Below are positions 16,191 through 27,652 of a stretch of DNA of 27,652 nucleotides, one piece after another. This DNA is from a virus (taxonomy: Duplodnaviria > Caudoviricetes). The DNA lies in the IMG/VR virus record IMGVR_UViG_3300017737_000066, positions 1 to 27,652 of that record, one strand, 5' to 3'. The translations under genes and the position numbers were made by a program. Every line of letters starts with the position of its first letter. Position 1 is the first letter of the stretch. The notes beneath the pieces were generated by a model that made no database searches, was not told where the DNA came from, and saw nothing but the letters and a program-made list of their open reading frames with translations.

Positions 16191-19100
16191 ATGTCATCCA
16201 CAGATAGACAAAACAGATTATTGCTGGCAGAAGACTGGAAAAGAGTATATCAGTCTTACAAAAATGCGGAATTCAAAAGTTACGACTTTGACACAATCCG
16301 TAGAACAATGATCCAATACATCAGACAAAATTATCCAGAAGATTTTAACGATTACATTGAATCATCAGAGTATCTAGCACTAATTGACTTGATTGCTTAT
16401 CTAGGACAAAACTTGGCTTTCAGAACAGACTTAAATGCTAGAGAGAATTTTTTAGAAACAGCAGACAGAAGAGATTCAATATTAAGATTAGCAAGATTAA
16501 TCAGTTACAATCCAACACGTAATCAAGCCGCAAACGGATTGATGAAAATTGTAGGTGTCAGCACAACTGAAAATATTGTAGATAGCAACAACTTAAATTT
16601 AAGCGGACAAACAATCAGTTGGAATGATGCAGGTAACACAAATTGGAATGAACAATTTACTAAAGTTTTAAATGCTTCATTGGCAGAAAATGAAAAATTT
16701 GGTAATCCAGTAAAATTAGAAAACATAGATTCAATCCCAACTAGTCAATACAGAATCAATGCCAACAGCACTGAGGTGCCTGTGTATTCTTTTAACAAAA
16801 CAGTGAATGGACAAAATTTACCATTTGAAGTTGTTTCAACTTCTTTCGACAATGGTTCTGTGATAGAAGAAGCACCACTTACAGGAAGAAAATTTAGTTT
16901 GCTTCACAGAGATGATGGTAAAGGCAACAGCAGTAACAACACAGGATTTTTTGCACACTTTAGACAAGGTGTACTTGACAATGGCGATTTTTCAATCGAT
17001 GTACCGTCAAACAATCAATCAGTTGCAATTGAATCTAGCAATGTAAACAACACAGATGTTTGGTTGTATCAATTAGATACTGACACAGGATTAGAAAGTA
17101 CAGAATGGACAAAAGTTGATGCTGTAACAGGTAACAATGTTATATACAATTCAACAACAAAAGATTTAAGAAATATTTACACAGTGTTGAGCGACACTGA
17201 TGATTCAATCAGTCTTAAATTTGCAGATGGAATATTTGGAAATTTACCGCAAGGTAATTTTAAAGTATACTACAGAAGAAGTAAAAATCAAAATATTAGA
17301 ATTACTCCTGCTGATATGCAAAATATTCAAGTGGATGTACAGTATGTTTCATCAAACAATCAAATAGAAGTTTTAACATTAACATTTGGATTGCAATACA
17401 CAGTTGATAATGCAACAACATCTGAAACCAACGACAACATCAGATTAAATGCTCCAGCAACATACTACACACAAAACAGAATGATCACCGGTGAAGATTA
17501 TCAAGTTGCACCATTAGGAACAAATCAAGAAATTATCAAAGTAAAAGCAACAAACAGAACTTCAAGCGGAATTTCAAGATATTATGATCTAATAGATTCA
17601 ACAGGAAAATACAGTAACACAAATGTATTTGGCGCTGATGGTATAATATACAAAGAAGAAACTGAAAATGTAGACACATTTAGTTTTGCAACTCAAACAG
17701 ACATTGAAGGTGTAATTATAAATCAATTAGAACCTTTATTATCTAAAAATCAAACTAGAAATTATTACATAGAAAAATTTGCTAAAATATTATTAACTGA
17801 TTTAATTCCGGTTTGGCAACAAGTTACAAATGCTACAAATGAATCTACAGGTAAATTGATAGATGATGTAAATGTTTTAGATTATCAAGTTGGAACATAC
17901 ACAGCAAGTCAATTGAAATATATTGAACCAGGTGCTATGATTAAGTTTACTGCACCAGCAGGCAAACACTTTATGCCAGACAACAGTATAATGGCAGGGC
18001 CAGGAGATCATCCAGGTGCTAAAGACTATATTTGGACAGCAGTTGTCAGTGTTTACAATGATGGAGTCACAAATAATACAGCAGGCGAAGGCGCAATCAA
18101 ATTTAATGATGTGATTCCTACAGGTGCTGTTGCAAGTGAAATATTACCTAAATTTTCAAAACAATTTTCAGATGATGTTAAAACAGTTATAATTGATCAG
18201 GCGTTTGCTTATAACAACTTTGGAATACGTTATGATGTACAAACAAGAAAATGGATGGTTATTGACGAAAACAATTTAAACGTTTATGGAGATTTCAGTA
18301 TTGGTAAAACTGGTGATGAGTCAAATCAGCAATTAGATTCAAGTTGGTTGATCAGATGTATCAACAATGGTGCTACGTACACAATCACATACAGAGGTTT
18401 AAGATATGTGTTTGAAAGTAATAAAGAAGTAAGATTCTTTTATGACAGTGCTGATAGAAACTTCAATGCAAAAACAGGAACAACACTTCAAGACAAAGTG
18501 AGTGTAATGTCCGTTAACACAAAACCAGACAGTAATTCTGCATTTAATAATGATATTAATTTTGCTATATCCACAGAGTACAGAACTTTAAGCGGATATG
18601 TAGACAGTGCTAAAATAGAACTTACGCAATTTGATTCTGACCAAGACGGCATAGTGGATAATCCAAATGCTTTTGATCTTGTGGTTGACCCTGCTACTAA
18701 TTCAACAACAAAATATGTTTTCCAAAAACTAATCAACGAAAGTGATGGAACACAGAGATATCAATACTGCAATGCAAGTACAGAAAATATCTATATTAGA
18801 CAAACATCAGTGGGTGCTATTGGAGATTATCCAAACAGTTCTATTGTGTATCTAATAGACAGCAACAGTTTTAAACAGATCAACACAACAACCAACACAA
18901 CATCAAATGTAACAAACTATATTGCTCATGTTGGGAGAGACAATATTAAATTTCAATATGTACACACAGTGGACGGAAACACAAGATTAGATCCTAGTTC
19001 ATCTAACATAATGGATATGTATATTTTAACAAGAACTTATGATATCAATTTCAGATTATGGTTAACAGGAGTAACAGCAACCAAACCATTATTACCAAGC

Positions 19101-19679
19101 AGTGATTCGTTGTACACAAACTTTAATACACCGTTAGCAAAAATTAAATCAATCAGTGACACAATAGTGTATCATCCAGTAAAATACAAAATATTATTTG
19201 GGTCACAAGCAGATACAAGTTTACAATCAACATTTAAAATTGTTAAAAATTCTGAACAAGTTACCAACGACAGTGATATTAAGAGTAGAGTTATCACAGC
19301 AATAAATCAATTCTTTGCTTTAGAAAATTGGGAATTTGGTGATACATTTTATTTCTCAGAATTAAGCACTTATGTGATGAACGAATTAGCACCAGACATA
19401 ACAACTTTTGTTATTGTGCCTAAAGAAGGTTCAAAAGCATTTGGAAGTTTATTTGAAATTAAATCAGAAAATGATGAAATTTTTATTAGTGGTGCAAAAG
19501 TTTCAGATGTTGAAATAATAGATGCTGTTACAGCCTCTAAACTTAAAGCAGACGGAAACATCACAACAAGTTCATCAACAGTTAGTACATTAAGTGGCAC
19601 ATTACCTGCTAGTTCAAGTTCAAATTCTAGTTCAAGTTCTAGTTCAAGCGGAGGCTCTAGTGGAGGAAGTGGATATTAA
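16191..19679 (+). CDS. gp6: Baseplate wedge subunit (T4 gp6-like), enlarged
   Basis: DFDTIRRTMIQY...DFNDYIESSEYLALIDLIAY...ENFLETA.RRDSILRLARLISYNP; KFADGIFG.LP; ETNDNIRLNAP..Y.TQNRMITGEDY. Ser/Gly C-terminal tail. Confidence 0.9.
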   Translation: MSSTDRQNRLLLAEDWKRVYQSYKNAEFKSYDFDTIRRTMIQYIRQNYPEDFNDYIESSEYLALIDLIAYLGQNLAFRTDLNARENFLETADRRDSILRLARLISYNPTRNQAANGLMKIVGVSTTENIVDSNNLNLSGQTISWNDAGNTNWNEQFTKVLNASLAENEKFGNPVKLENIDSIPTSQYRINANSTEVPVYSFNKTVNGQNLPFEVVSTSFDNGSVIEEAPLTGRKFSLLHRDDGKGNSSNNTGFFAHFRQGVLDNGDFSIDVPSNNQSVAIESSNVNNTDVWLYQLDTDTGLESTEWTKVDAVTGNNVIYNSTTKDLRNIYTVLSDTDDSISLKFADGIFGNLPQGNFKVYYRRSKNQNIRITPADMQNIQVDVQYVSSNNQIEVLTLTFGLQYTVDNATTSETNDNIRLNAPATYYTQNRMITGEDYQVAPLGTNQEIIKVKATNRTSSGISRYYDLIDSTGKYSNTNVFGADGIIYKEETENVDTFSFATQTDIEGVIINQLEPLLSKNQTRNYYIEKFAKILLTDLIPVWQQVTNATNESTGKLIDDVNVLDYQVGTYTASQLKYIEPGAMIKFTAPAGKHFMPDNSIMAGPGDHPGAKDYIWTAVVSVYNDGVTNNTAGEGAIKFNDVIPTGAVASEILPKFSKQFSDDVKTVIIDQAFAYNNFGIRYDVQTRKWMVIDENNLNVYGDFSIGKTGDESNQQLDSSWLIRCINNGATYTITYRGLRYVFESNKEVRFFYDSADRNFNAKTGTTLQDKVSVMSVNTKPDSNSAFNNDINFAISTEYRTLSGYVDSAKIELTQFDSDQDGIVDNPNAFDLVVDPATNSTTKYVFQKLINESDGTQRYQYCNASTENIYIRQTSVGAIGDYPNSSIVYLIDSNSFKQINTTTNTTSNVTNYIAHVGRDNIKFQYVHTVDGNTRLDPSSSNIMDMYILTRTYDINFRLWLTGVTATKPLLPSSDSLYTNFNTPLAKIKSISDTIVYHPVKYKILFGSQADTSLQSTFKIVKNSEQVTNDSDIKSRVITAINQFFALENWEFGDTFYFSELSTYVMNELAPDITTFVIVPKEGSKAFGSLFEIKSENDEIFISGAKVSDVEIIDAVTASKLKADGNITTSSSTVSTLSGTLPASSSSNSSSSSSSSGGSSGGSGY

Positions 19680-22600
19680 TGGCATACGACAACAATCAGA
19701 AAGATTTCAGTTTGCCTGCAGGCAAAGATGACGGTAAAAGAGAATCCTCAGAATTTTTACCTAAATATTTCAGAACTCCCGTTAATAATAAATTTTTACA
19801 CAGCACAGTTGACCAACTAGTATCTCAAGGAACATTAGAAAAATTAAATGCTTACTATGGACGTAAGATTACAGACGCCTACAAAGCATCTGATTTGTAT
19901 GTACCTGAAGTAACTGCTGATAGAGAGAATTACAAATTTGAACCTAGCATTGTACATCAAGATGATTTAGGCAATGTAAATTTTTATTCAGACTATTTGG
20001 ATTTTGTTAATCAAATACAAAACTTACACGGAAATATTTCTGATCACAGCGTTCTTAATGCTCAAGAATATTATGCTTGGTCACCAAGAATTGATTGGGA
20101 CAAATTTGTTAATTACAGAGAATACTTTTGGATGCCTTATGGTGCATCAACAGTAACAATAACAGGACAACAAAGAAATGTTGTTAGCACTTATTCAGTA
20201 ACTAAATCTGATCAAACAGACAACTATGCTTATATTTTTACTCCTGACGGACTTACAGCCAATCCAACACTAAAACTTTACAAAGGTCAAACATACAAAT
20301 TTGATATTAATGCAGAAGGATTACCTTTTGTTATAAGAACGCAAAGAATACTAGATGCTTCATACAATGTGACTGACGGTATTGATGTGCAAAGTGTTGA
20401 AAAAGGAATAATAACTTTTCAAGTTAGTGATTCAGCACCAGAAAAATTATACTATGGAAGTGATAATGATATTAATGCTTGGGGATTGATACAAATATAC
20501 AACATAGAAGAAAATTCAGTAATAGATGTTGCTAATGAAATAATAGGCAAAAAGAATTATACCACTGCTGATGGAGTAGCATTATCAAATGGTATGAAAA
20601 TAAATTTTGCCGGCACAGTTACACCTGTGGAATATGCTGAAAAAGATTATTTTGTTGAAGGTGTAGGTGACGCAATTGAGTTGATAGATGCACAAGAACT
20701 AGAAGTAAAAAGTGCTTTTACTGATGTAACACCAATTCCATTTGATTCAAAAAACTTTGACACTGTGGGATTTGGAACAGCCACATCATATGCTATTGAT
20801 AAAGATTACATTGTTGTAAACAGAGCATCACCAGACAGAAATCCTTGGAGTAGATCCAACAGATGGATTCATAAATCTGTTATACAAGAAAGTGCTAAAG
20901 CGAACGGACAAATTGCAAACATTGATCAAGCCACAAGAGCACGAAGACCTATCATTGAATTTGAAGCAGGTATTAAACTATATAATTTTGGTTTTAAAAA
21001 GAAAGAGAATATTGATTTAATAGACACAGTTACAAAAGATGTAATGAGTGACGTTGAAGGTTCTCAAGGTTTTTTCATTGACGGTGTTGCATTAACAAAT
21101 GGAATGAAAGTGTTGTTTACTGCTGACACAGATCCTCTTGTTAAAGATAAAATTTTTGAAGTTAAGTTTATTAATTTTACAGAAGGAACCACAGTTACTA
21201 CACAAATCAGTTTGGTTGAAAGTGTAAATGCTTCTCCATTAGAAGGAGAAACTATTTTGGCTACTGACGGAATTGCAAATCAAGGTAAATGGTATTATTA
21301 CAATGGAACATCGTGGGTTCCAGGACAAGCAAAAACTAAAGTTAATCAAACTCCTTTGTTTGATTTGTTTGATAACAACGGTATAAGTTTCACTGACAGT
21401 ATTGTATATCCTAATAGTTCTTTTATGGGTAACAAAATATTCACTTATGTTGAAGGTACAGGCACAGTAGATACTGAATTAGGATTTGCATTAACTTATT
21501 CAAATGTAGAAAACATTGGAGATATTGTTTTTGATTTCAATTTGTTGAATCAAAGTTACACATATCAATCACAAAGTACTAGTGGAACGTTAACTTCGGA
21601 AACAGCATTTTTGAAAAAATACAATGCTAGTGGCAACTTTACAACAGTAAATGGTTGGACTAAAGCACCTACTGACAGTTTTCAAAAAGTTAATAGACAG
21701 TATGTTGCATCTAACAATCAGAAAAATGATTTTGCTATTGACGTTTACAACAAAAGTGGAGATTTAAATGATCTAAACGTGAATGTGTTTGTCAATAATG
21801 TTAAAAAAATTGAAAATACTGATTGGTCAATTTTAAGAATTAATGGTGAAGCATTTGTTAACTTCACTACTGAATTAGCAGTTAATGATATAGTTGTTAT
21901 TAGAACAAGCAGTGCAACACCTAAAAACAGTAACGGTCATTATGAATTTCCGACAAACTTACAAGCCAATCCACTTAATGCAACAACAACAAAATTTACA
22001 GTTGGGCAAGTAACAGATCACGTTAAATCAATTACTAATGAACTAAAAGATATACAAGGTGTAACTCCAGGATTTAGCAATTTAAGAGACTTCCCAAATG
22101 CAACACAATATGGTAGAAAATTTTTACAACACAGTGGACCAATGGTGTTGTCTTCATACTTGTTGAACAACAAAGATGTAAATTTAATTTCAGCGATTAC
22201 TGACAGTCAAAACGATTACTATAAATTTAAACGATCATTTATCAGTGCTATGGATGATTTAGGGTTTGACGGAACATCTAGTCAAATAGTTGATAAAATT
22301 TTACTTAAACTTAACAAAGACAATAATAATTCATTACCATATTTTCAAACAGATATGTTGGGAATTGGTGCATTCAAAACTACTAGACACACAGTTTTAG
22401 ATATTGATAATAAATTTTTTGCATTGTCTAACAATTTTGATCTAACAGCATTGTCAACCAAAGCAGTGTATGTGTATCACAACGATGCACAACTAGTGCA
22501 TGGTGTTGATTATGTGTATGCTAACGGATTTGTTCAAGTATCAAAAACAGTTGCACTAGATGATATTATTGTGGTTAACGAGTTTGAAACAACAAACGGA

Positions 22601-23083
22601 TCACACATTCCAGCAACACCAACTAAATTAGGACTATATCCAAAGTACACTCCAAAAATTTATTTAGATACAACAGCAGTTACTCCAGTAAATGTTATTC
22701 AAGGACATGACGGAAGTATTATGGTTGCATTCAATGACTTTAGAGATGATGCTATATTAGAATTAGAAAAAAGAATTTTTAACAATATTAAAACAACATA
22801 CGATAATGAGTTGTTTGGCATTAAGTCTTTTGTTCCAAGAGCATACAGCACAAATAAATTTACATTTGAATCAATTAACAAAACACTGTTAGGTGACTTT
22901 AACGATTGGTTAACATTTGTAGGTAATGAAGATTACACAGCAAACACTTTTCACACAGAAGACAACAGTTTAACTTGGAATTACAGCAATATGGTTTCTC
23001 CATCAGGCAACAAGTTGTTAGGATTCTGGAGAGGTGTGTACAATCATGCTTTTGATACAGACAGACCAAATATTGCTCCATGA
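19679..23083 (+). CDS. Giant virion structural / baseplate protein (gp7-like), segment before the in-frame TGA
   Basis: 1134 aa ORF coupled to gp6 (TAATG); FLPKYFRT, IDWDKFVNYREYFW motifs. Ends at a TGA after which the same frame stays open. Confidence 0.75.
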   Translation: MAYDNNQKDFSLPAGKDDGKRESSEFLPKYFRTPVNNKFLHSTVDQLVSQGTLEKLNAYYGRKITDAYKASDLYVPEVTADRENYKFEPSIVHQDDLGNVNFYSDYLDFVNQIQNLHGNISDHSVLNAQEYYAWSPRIDWDKFVNYREYFWMPYGASTVTITGQQRNVVSTYSVTKSDQTDNYAYIFTPDGLTANPTLKLYKGQTYKFDINAEGLPFVIRTQRILDASYNVTDGIDVQSVEKGIITFQVSDSAPEKLYYGSDNDINAWGLIQIYNIEENSVIDVANEIIGKKNYTTADGVALSNGMKINFAGTVTPVEYAEKDYFVEGVGDAIELIDAQELEVKSAFTDVTPIPFDSKNFDTVGFGTATSYAIDKDYIVVNRASPDRNPWSRSNRWIHKSVIQESAKANGQIANIDQATRARRPIIEFEAGIKLYNFGFKKKENIDLIDTVTKDVMSDVEGSQGFFIDGVALTNGMKVLFTADTDPLVKDKIFEVKFINFTEGTTVTTQISLVESVNASPLEGETILATDGIANQGKWYYYNGTSWVPGQAKTKVNQTPLFDLFDNNGISFTDSIVYPNSSFMGNKIFTYVEGTGTVDTELGFALTYSNVENIGDIVFDFNLLNQSYTYQSQSTSGTLTSETAFLKKYNASGNFTTVNGWTKAPTDSFQKVNRQYVASNNQKNDFAIDVYNKSGDLNDLNVNVFVNNVKKIENTDWSILRINGEAFVNFTTELAVNDIVVIRTSSATPKNSNGHYEFPTNLQANPLNATTTKFTVGQVTDHVKSITNELKDIQGVTPGFSNLRDFPNATQYGRKFLQHSGPMVLSSYLLNNKDVNLISAITDSQNDYYKFKRSFISAMDDLGFDGTSSQIVDKILLKLNKDNNNSLPYFQTDMLGIGAFKTTRHTVLDIDNKFFALSNNFDLTALSTKAVYVYHNDAQLVHGVDYVYANGFVQVSKTVALDDIIVVNEFETTNGSHIPATPTKLGLYPKYTPKIYLDTTAVTPVNVIQGHDGSIMVAFNDFRDDAILELEKRIFNNIKTTYDNELFGIKSFVPRAYSTNKFTFESINKTLLGDFNDWLTFVGNEDYTANTFHTEDNSLTWNYSNMVSPSGNKLLGFWRGVYNHAFDTDRPNIAP

Positions 23084-26000
23084 GAAATGCTTGGATATTC
23101 ACAAGCACCTACATGGTGGGAAACTGTTTATGGTCCAGCACCATACACTAAAGACAATTTAATTTTATGGCAAGATTTAGAAAAAGGTATTGTAAGAGAG
23201 CCTAGTAAAAAAATTGTAATTAAAAACAATTACAAAAGACCTGGCTTAACAAACAATATCCCAGTGGACAGCGAAGGTAATATTAGAAGTCCATTTGATA
23301 GTTCTTATGCCAGAGGTGCAGTATTACAACTCACTAGAGACAAGTTTAAGTTTGGTGATCATTCTCCAGTAGAAAATACATGGAGAAGAAGTGTACATTA
23401 TCCATTTTCACTTTTAAAAAGTTATATTTTACATCAACCAAACAAAGCAATAGGTATAGGATTAGACACAAATAAAATTAGTAGAAATGCTAGTGGACAA
23501 ATTGTATACAATTCATTAACTGCTATAAGACCTGCAAACATTGTTTGGCCGAGTAGTGTCAATGATAGCACAGTTACATTGACTGCTGGATTGGTAAATT
23601 ACATTTACGAAGTGGTTGAAAATTCACAAACAACAAATTATGCAGATTACAAAAAACAGTTTGGCGAACTACAAACGCAAGTAGGATTCAAAGTAAGAGG
23701 TTACAGCAACAAAGATAAATTTAAACTGTTGCTAGACAGTAAAACTCCATTGAATTCAACAACACTGTTTGTGCCAGAAGAAAATTATCGTTTAATTTAC
23801 AATGTGTCTACACCGGTAGATATTTTAACTTACAGTGGATTAATTGTAGAAAAATTAGCAAGAGGTTTCAGTATAAAAGGATATGACAAGAATGATCCTT
23901 ATATTAGATATCATTTACCATTTGAACAATCTAGTGATCCAACAATTACAGTGGGCGGAATAAGTTCAGCATTTGTAAATTGGAGCGAAAACAAAAGATA
24001 CGATAATGGAGCATATGTAAAGTTTGGTGAAGATTTTTATGCTACAGATGAAACACACATTTCAACATCATCTTTTGATGCTTCAAAATTTATTAAGTTA
24101 GTAGAACTTCCAATGGAAGGCGGTGCATCTGCTCTTTTAAGAAAAACTTTTTTAACAGATACAGTTCAATCTGTTGCATACGGAACAGTGTATGAAGACA
24201 TTCAAACAGTTGTTGATGTGATATTAGGATATGAATCATACCTTAAAGCAAAAGGATTTGTGTTTGATAATTATGATGCACAAACTCAATTGGTAGCCAA
24301 CTGGCAATTAAGTGCTAAAGAATTTTTATTCTGGACAACACAAAATTGGGACGAAGGTGCAGTTATCAGTTTAAGTCCATCTAGTAAAAAATTAGTTGTT
24401 ACATCACAATATGCTACAACTGATAATGTAGTTGAAAATTATTATTCTTATGGTGTGTTAAAAGAAGACGGAAACAAACTAGACAGAGTAAATTTAAGAA
24501 TTGTTAGAAAATCAAACACGTTTGAATTGTTTACAAAAAACACAGTAAATGGAATATATTTTGCTAAGGTTCCACTTGTACAAAAAGAACACGTTTGTTT
24601 ATTAGATAATACAACATCATTCAGCGATTTAATTTATGATCCAGCAAGTGGATACAAACAAGATAGAATTAAAATGTTGGGTTATGTTACAGAATGGGAT
24701 GGTAGTTTAAATATTCCAGGGTTTGTGTTTGACGAAGCAAAAGTAAAATTATGGGCTCCTTACACAGATTATGCAATGAGTGATGTGGTAAAACACAAAC
24801 AGTTCTATTACACAGCAAATTCAAAATTAAAAGGAACAACAGAATTCAACATCAACAACTGGCGTAAACTAGACGGCAAGCCGGAAAGCAGTTTGTTATC
24901 AAACTTTGATTATCAAACAAATCAATTTGCTGACTTCTATGATTTAGATACAGATAACTTTGATAGACAACAACAAAAACTTGCTCAGCATTTAATTGGA
25001 TATCAACCAAGAACATATCTAAGTAATATTATTAATGATGATGTCAGTCAGTACAAATTTTATCAAGGCTATGTTAGAGAAAAAGGAACAGCAAATTCTC
25101 TTAACAAATTGTTTGATGCACTAGCAAGTGCTGATAAAGAAAGTATAGAATTTTTTGAAGAGTGGGCAATCCGTAAAGGACAATATGGAGCAGTGGACAC
25201 TTTTGACGAAATAGAATACAGAATAGATGAATCACAGGTAAGATTAAATCCACAACCTGTTTTATTAACAAATGATCAACCAGCAACAGCAACAGATTTA
25301 GTTTACAGAATACAATCAGGGCAAACTTATCTAGCACCTAAAAATTATCAACACACACCATTTCCTGTAAAATATGACAAAAACACTTATATCAAAACTG
25401 CAGGACCTGTAAACCCAATAGATATTTCGCTTACACTAGCACAATATGATGACTTGTTGACTTCAACAAGTGTATCAACACTAGATGAAGGACAATATGT
25501 ATGGATTGGTGACAACAAAGGTACTTGGAGTGTCTTGAGATACAGTAACACAGATCAAAAAATTGTATCAATAATAAAAGATGGAAGTGTTATTTCCGTT
25601 AATACATTGAATAATCCAGACTTGGCAGTTGGTGAAATTTTTGTTGTAAATGCTAATGGTACAGATTATGTTTTCAAATCCACGTTTGTAGGAATAACTT
25701 CTATTCAATGTGAAGACGTAGAAGGATTTGCTTCAATACCGTCTGCTGTAGGTTTTATTAAAAGATTTACTGAATCAAGATTAAGTTCTATAAATGATAT
25801 TAACACAAGAGTATTTGATCAAGGTCTTAAAGACAATGAAAAATTTTGGGTTGATGAATCAGATGATGGCAAATGGAAAATTGTTAACAACAAATTTGTG
25901 TTTAAAAAACACAATGAATTAAGTTCTACAAGCCTATCAGGAGATGAAAGTTTCGGTACAGTTATATCTGCTAACAAACAAAACTCAACAGTATTAGTCA

Positions 26001-27652
26001 GTCAGCCAACATATGAAGATGGAAAAATTTATGTGTTTACCAGAGGTTCTGAAAGCGGAACATTAACATTATCACAAATAATAGAATCACCAACAACTGA
26101 TCCGTTGTTATCAAATACCGATCTATTTGGTTCAGGCAGTAATTTTGGAAAAGCAGTTGATATTTCTCCAGATGGAAATTTTGTAGTGATAGGTGCTCCT
26201 AATGCCGGTAATTTAAAAACTGAGTACAAAGGAGTGTACAACACAAACAGCAATTACAATGTTGGAAATATAGTTCAATACAAACAACAACTTTGGAGAG
26301 CAACAAATCAAATAGAAGGTGCAATAGCACAAGATTTATTCTCAACTTTTGATTCATCTGCTTTTTATAAAGAAAACGTAGGATTTCAAACAACAAATTT
26401 ATTAATAGGTGACAGTATATTTTTAAACCAAACAACAGATCATATTTTAATAAGAGCATCTGTAGAACAGTACACAGCAACTAAAATAGGTGACAGATTA
26501 ATATTAGATTACCTTGATTTTAATAGTGCATATCCAATTGACAGAAACAACTATTCTAAAGCATCAAATCAACCGTTTAGTGGTGTTGGATCTCCAACAA
26601 TTAAAAATAATATATTCGGTGGTGCTGAAATTTCTATTCAAGAAAAAGTTGATGAAATTTTAGAAATATCAAACACATTAACAGATCCTGTTGTAGGAAA
26701 TGTGTTAAGCACAGCAACAGCAGAAGGTACTGTGGTGTATGTGAGAAAAGTTGCCGCTAAATCTTTAATATATCTTAAAGATGTGAGCGGTGTATTTGCT
26801 GAAAGCGGAAGTTTAACTTTAGATGTATTGCCTATTGGAGATTACACAAGAGTAAATTCAGAAGCCTATGATTACCTTGGCGGTTGGTGGAAAGTAAGCA
26901 TAGGTGCTAATGTTACAACAAATGCTGGTTCAGATGTAACAACTAATGTCGTAATACAAGATATAAAAGTCTTAAATGAAGTAAGAGACACTAATAAATT
27001 TTTCAGTTCAATGGAACAACCTGTTGCTCCAATAACTCCTCAAGCACCATTAGTAAAAGCACAATTTGGAATTGGAACATACTATCAAGATTACTATATT
27101 GATGCAGGAACAAATTCATGGCTGATTAATTCAAATCCTCAACCTATTTTAAGTAAAAAATGGTTTGTAAGAGCAGGATACGATATTGCACACGACAGTA
27201 CATTAAATTCAAGCACCTCAACCAACAATGTAAGTGTTTGGTTTAACAATGTCGATACAGGTGCTTTTAATTTTGCTGATTTAAATATTAGTAGTACAGA
27301 CACAAACGGACTTAAAGAAGTAGTAGATGTATGGGAAGGTTACATTGATGTAGATTCTCAACCAGATAACAATGCAAATTATTATTTTCCGACAGTAGGA
27401 GTGCACCAAATATATGATCCTATCACTCAAGCACAGGCAGATGTAACGTTTGTTCAATTTATAGCATTAGAAAAAATAAGAATTTATTTTAATAACTCAA
27501 ACAATAAACAATTTAGTTTAGGTTCTAATGCAAGTGCATCATCAACTCTTACTAGATTAGGTGGCGGTGTAAACAGAACTATAGGATCTATTGAACAAAC
27601 AGTACAATCAGGAAACACAGATGGAGACATTTTAGTTTTCGAAAACACAACG
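23084..27652 (+). CDS. In-frame continuation of the giant structural gene (1523 codons, open to the window end)
   Basis: Manual translation finds no stop from 23084 to 27652: EMLGYSQAPTWWETVYGPAPYT... Contains the gp7-like motif YQGYVREKGTANSLNKLF (KGT at 25082), FG-GAP-like and CBM-like motifs. First ATG is at 23087, without a good SD. Confidence 0.85.

Noticed and set aside
19608-19672. AGTTCA/AGTTCT-type tandem repeats
   Set aside because: They simply encode the Ser/Gly-rich C-terminal tail of gp6.
23081-23107. Selenocysteine insertion (UGA plus SECIS)
   Set aside because: The context suggests Trp in a structural protein, not a catalytic Cys. The 6-bp hairpin does not clearly match bacterial SECIS geometry.
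1-27652. Genome-wide TGA=Trp or TAG recoding
   Set aside because: All other long genes are intact in the standard code and use TGG for Trp. Only one internal TGA was found, and TGA and TAG each end one gene plausibly.

Overview
AT-rich fragment of a large T4-like (myovirus, probably jumbo-type) phage genome; no host DNA, tRNA, rRNA or CRISPR array seen. Left arm (minus): tape-measure-like gene translationally coupled to a gp20-type portal gene that runs off the window start. Then (plus) a gp26-like hub/tail-assembly gene with a small downstream ORF, and a HemD-like gene. A ~385 bp densely structured non-coding region follows. Next is a minus-strand cluster gp55 (late sigma) - gp47 - gp46 - small basic protein - GIY-YIG nuclease. 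The rest is a plus-strand baseplate operon: tube initiator, gp53, gp27-like hub, gp5 spike, PAAR, gp25, gp6 and a giant gp7-like gene (>2650 codons, open to the window end) interrupted by a single in-frame TGA. Most notable: (1) a candidate multi-stem, pseudoknotted RNA starting right after the stop of a minimal GIY-YIG nuclease; (2) a lone TGA at a probable Trp position in the giant gene, followed by a hairpin; (3) a probable -1 frameshift fusing the gp26-like gene to its neighbour; (4) a bipartite and symmetric late-promoter architecture, with a late promoter abutting the sigma70 promoter of gp55 itself; (5) a phage HemD-like gene. All calls come from manual reading and motif recognition; no searches or folding programs were run.
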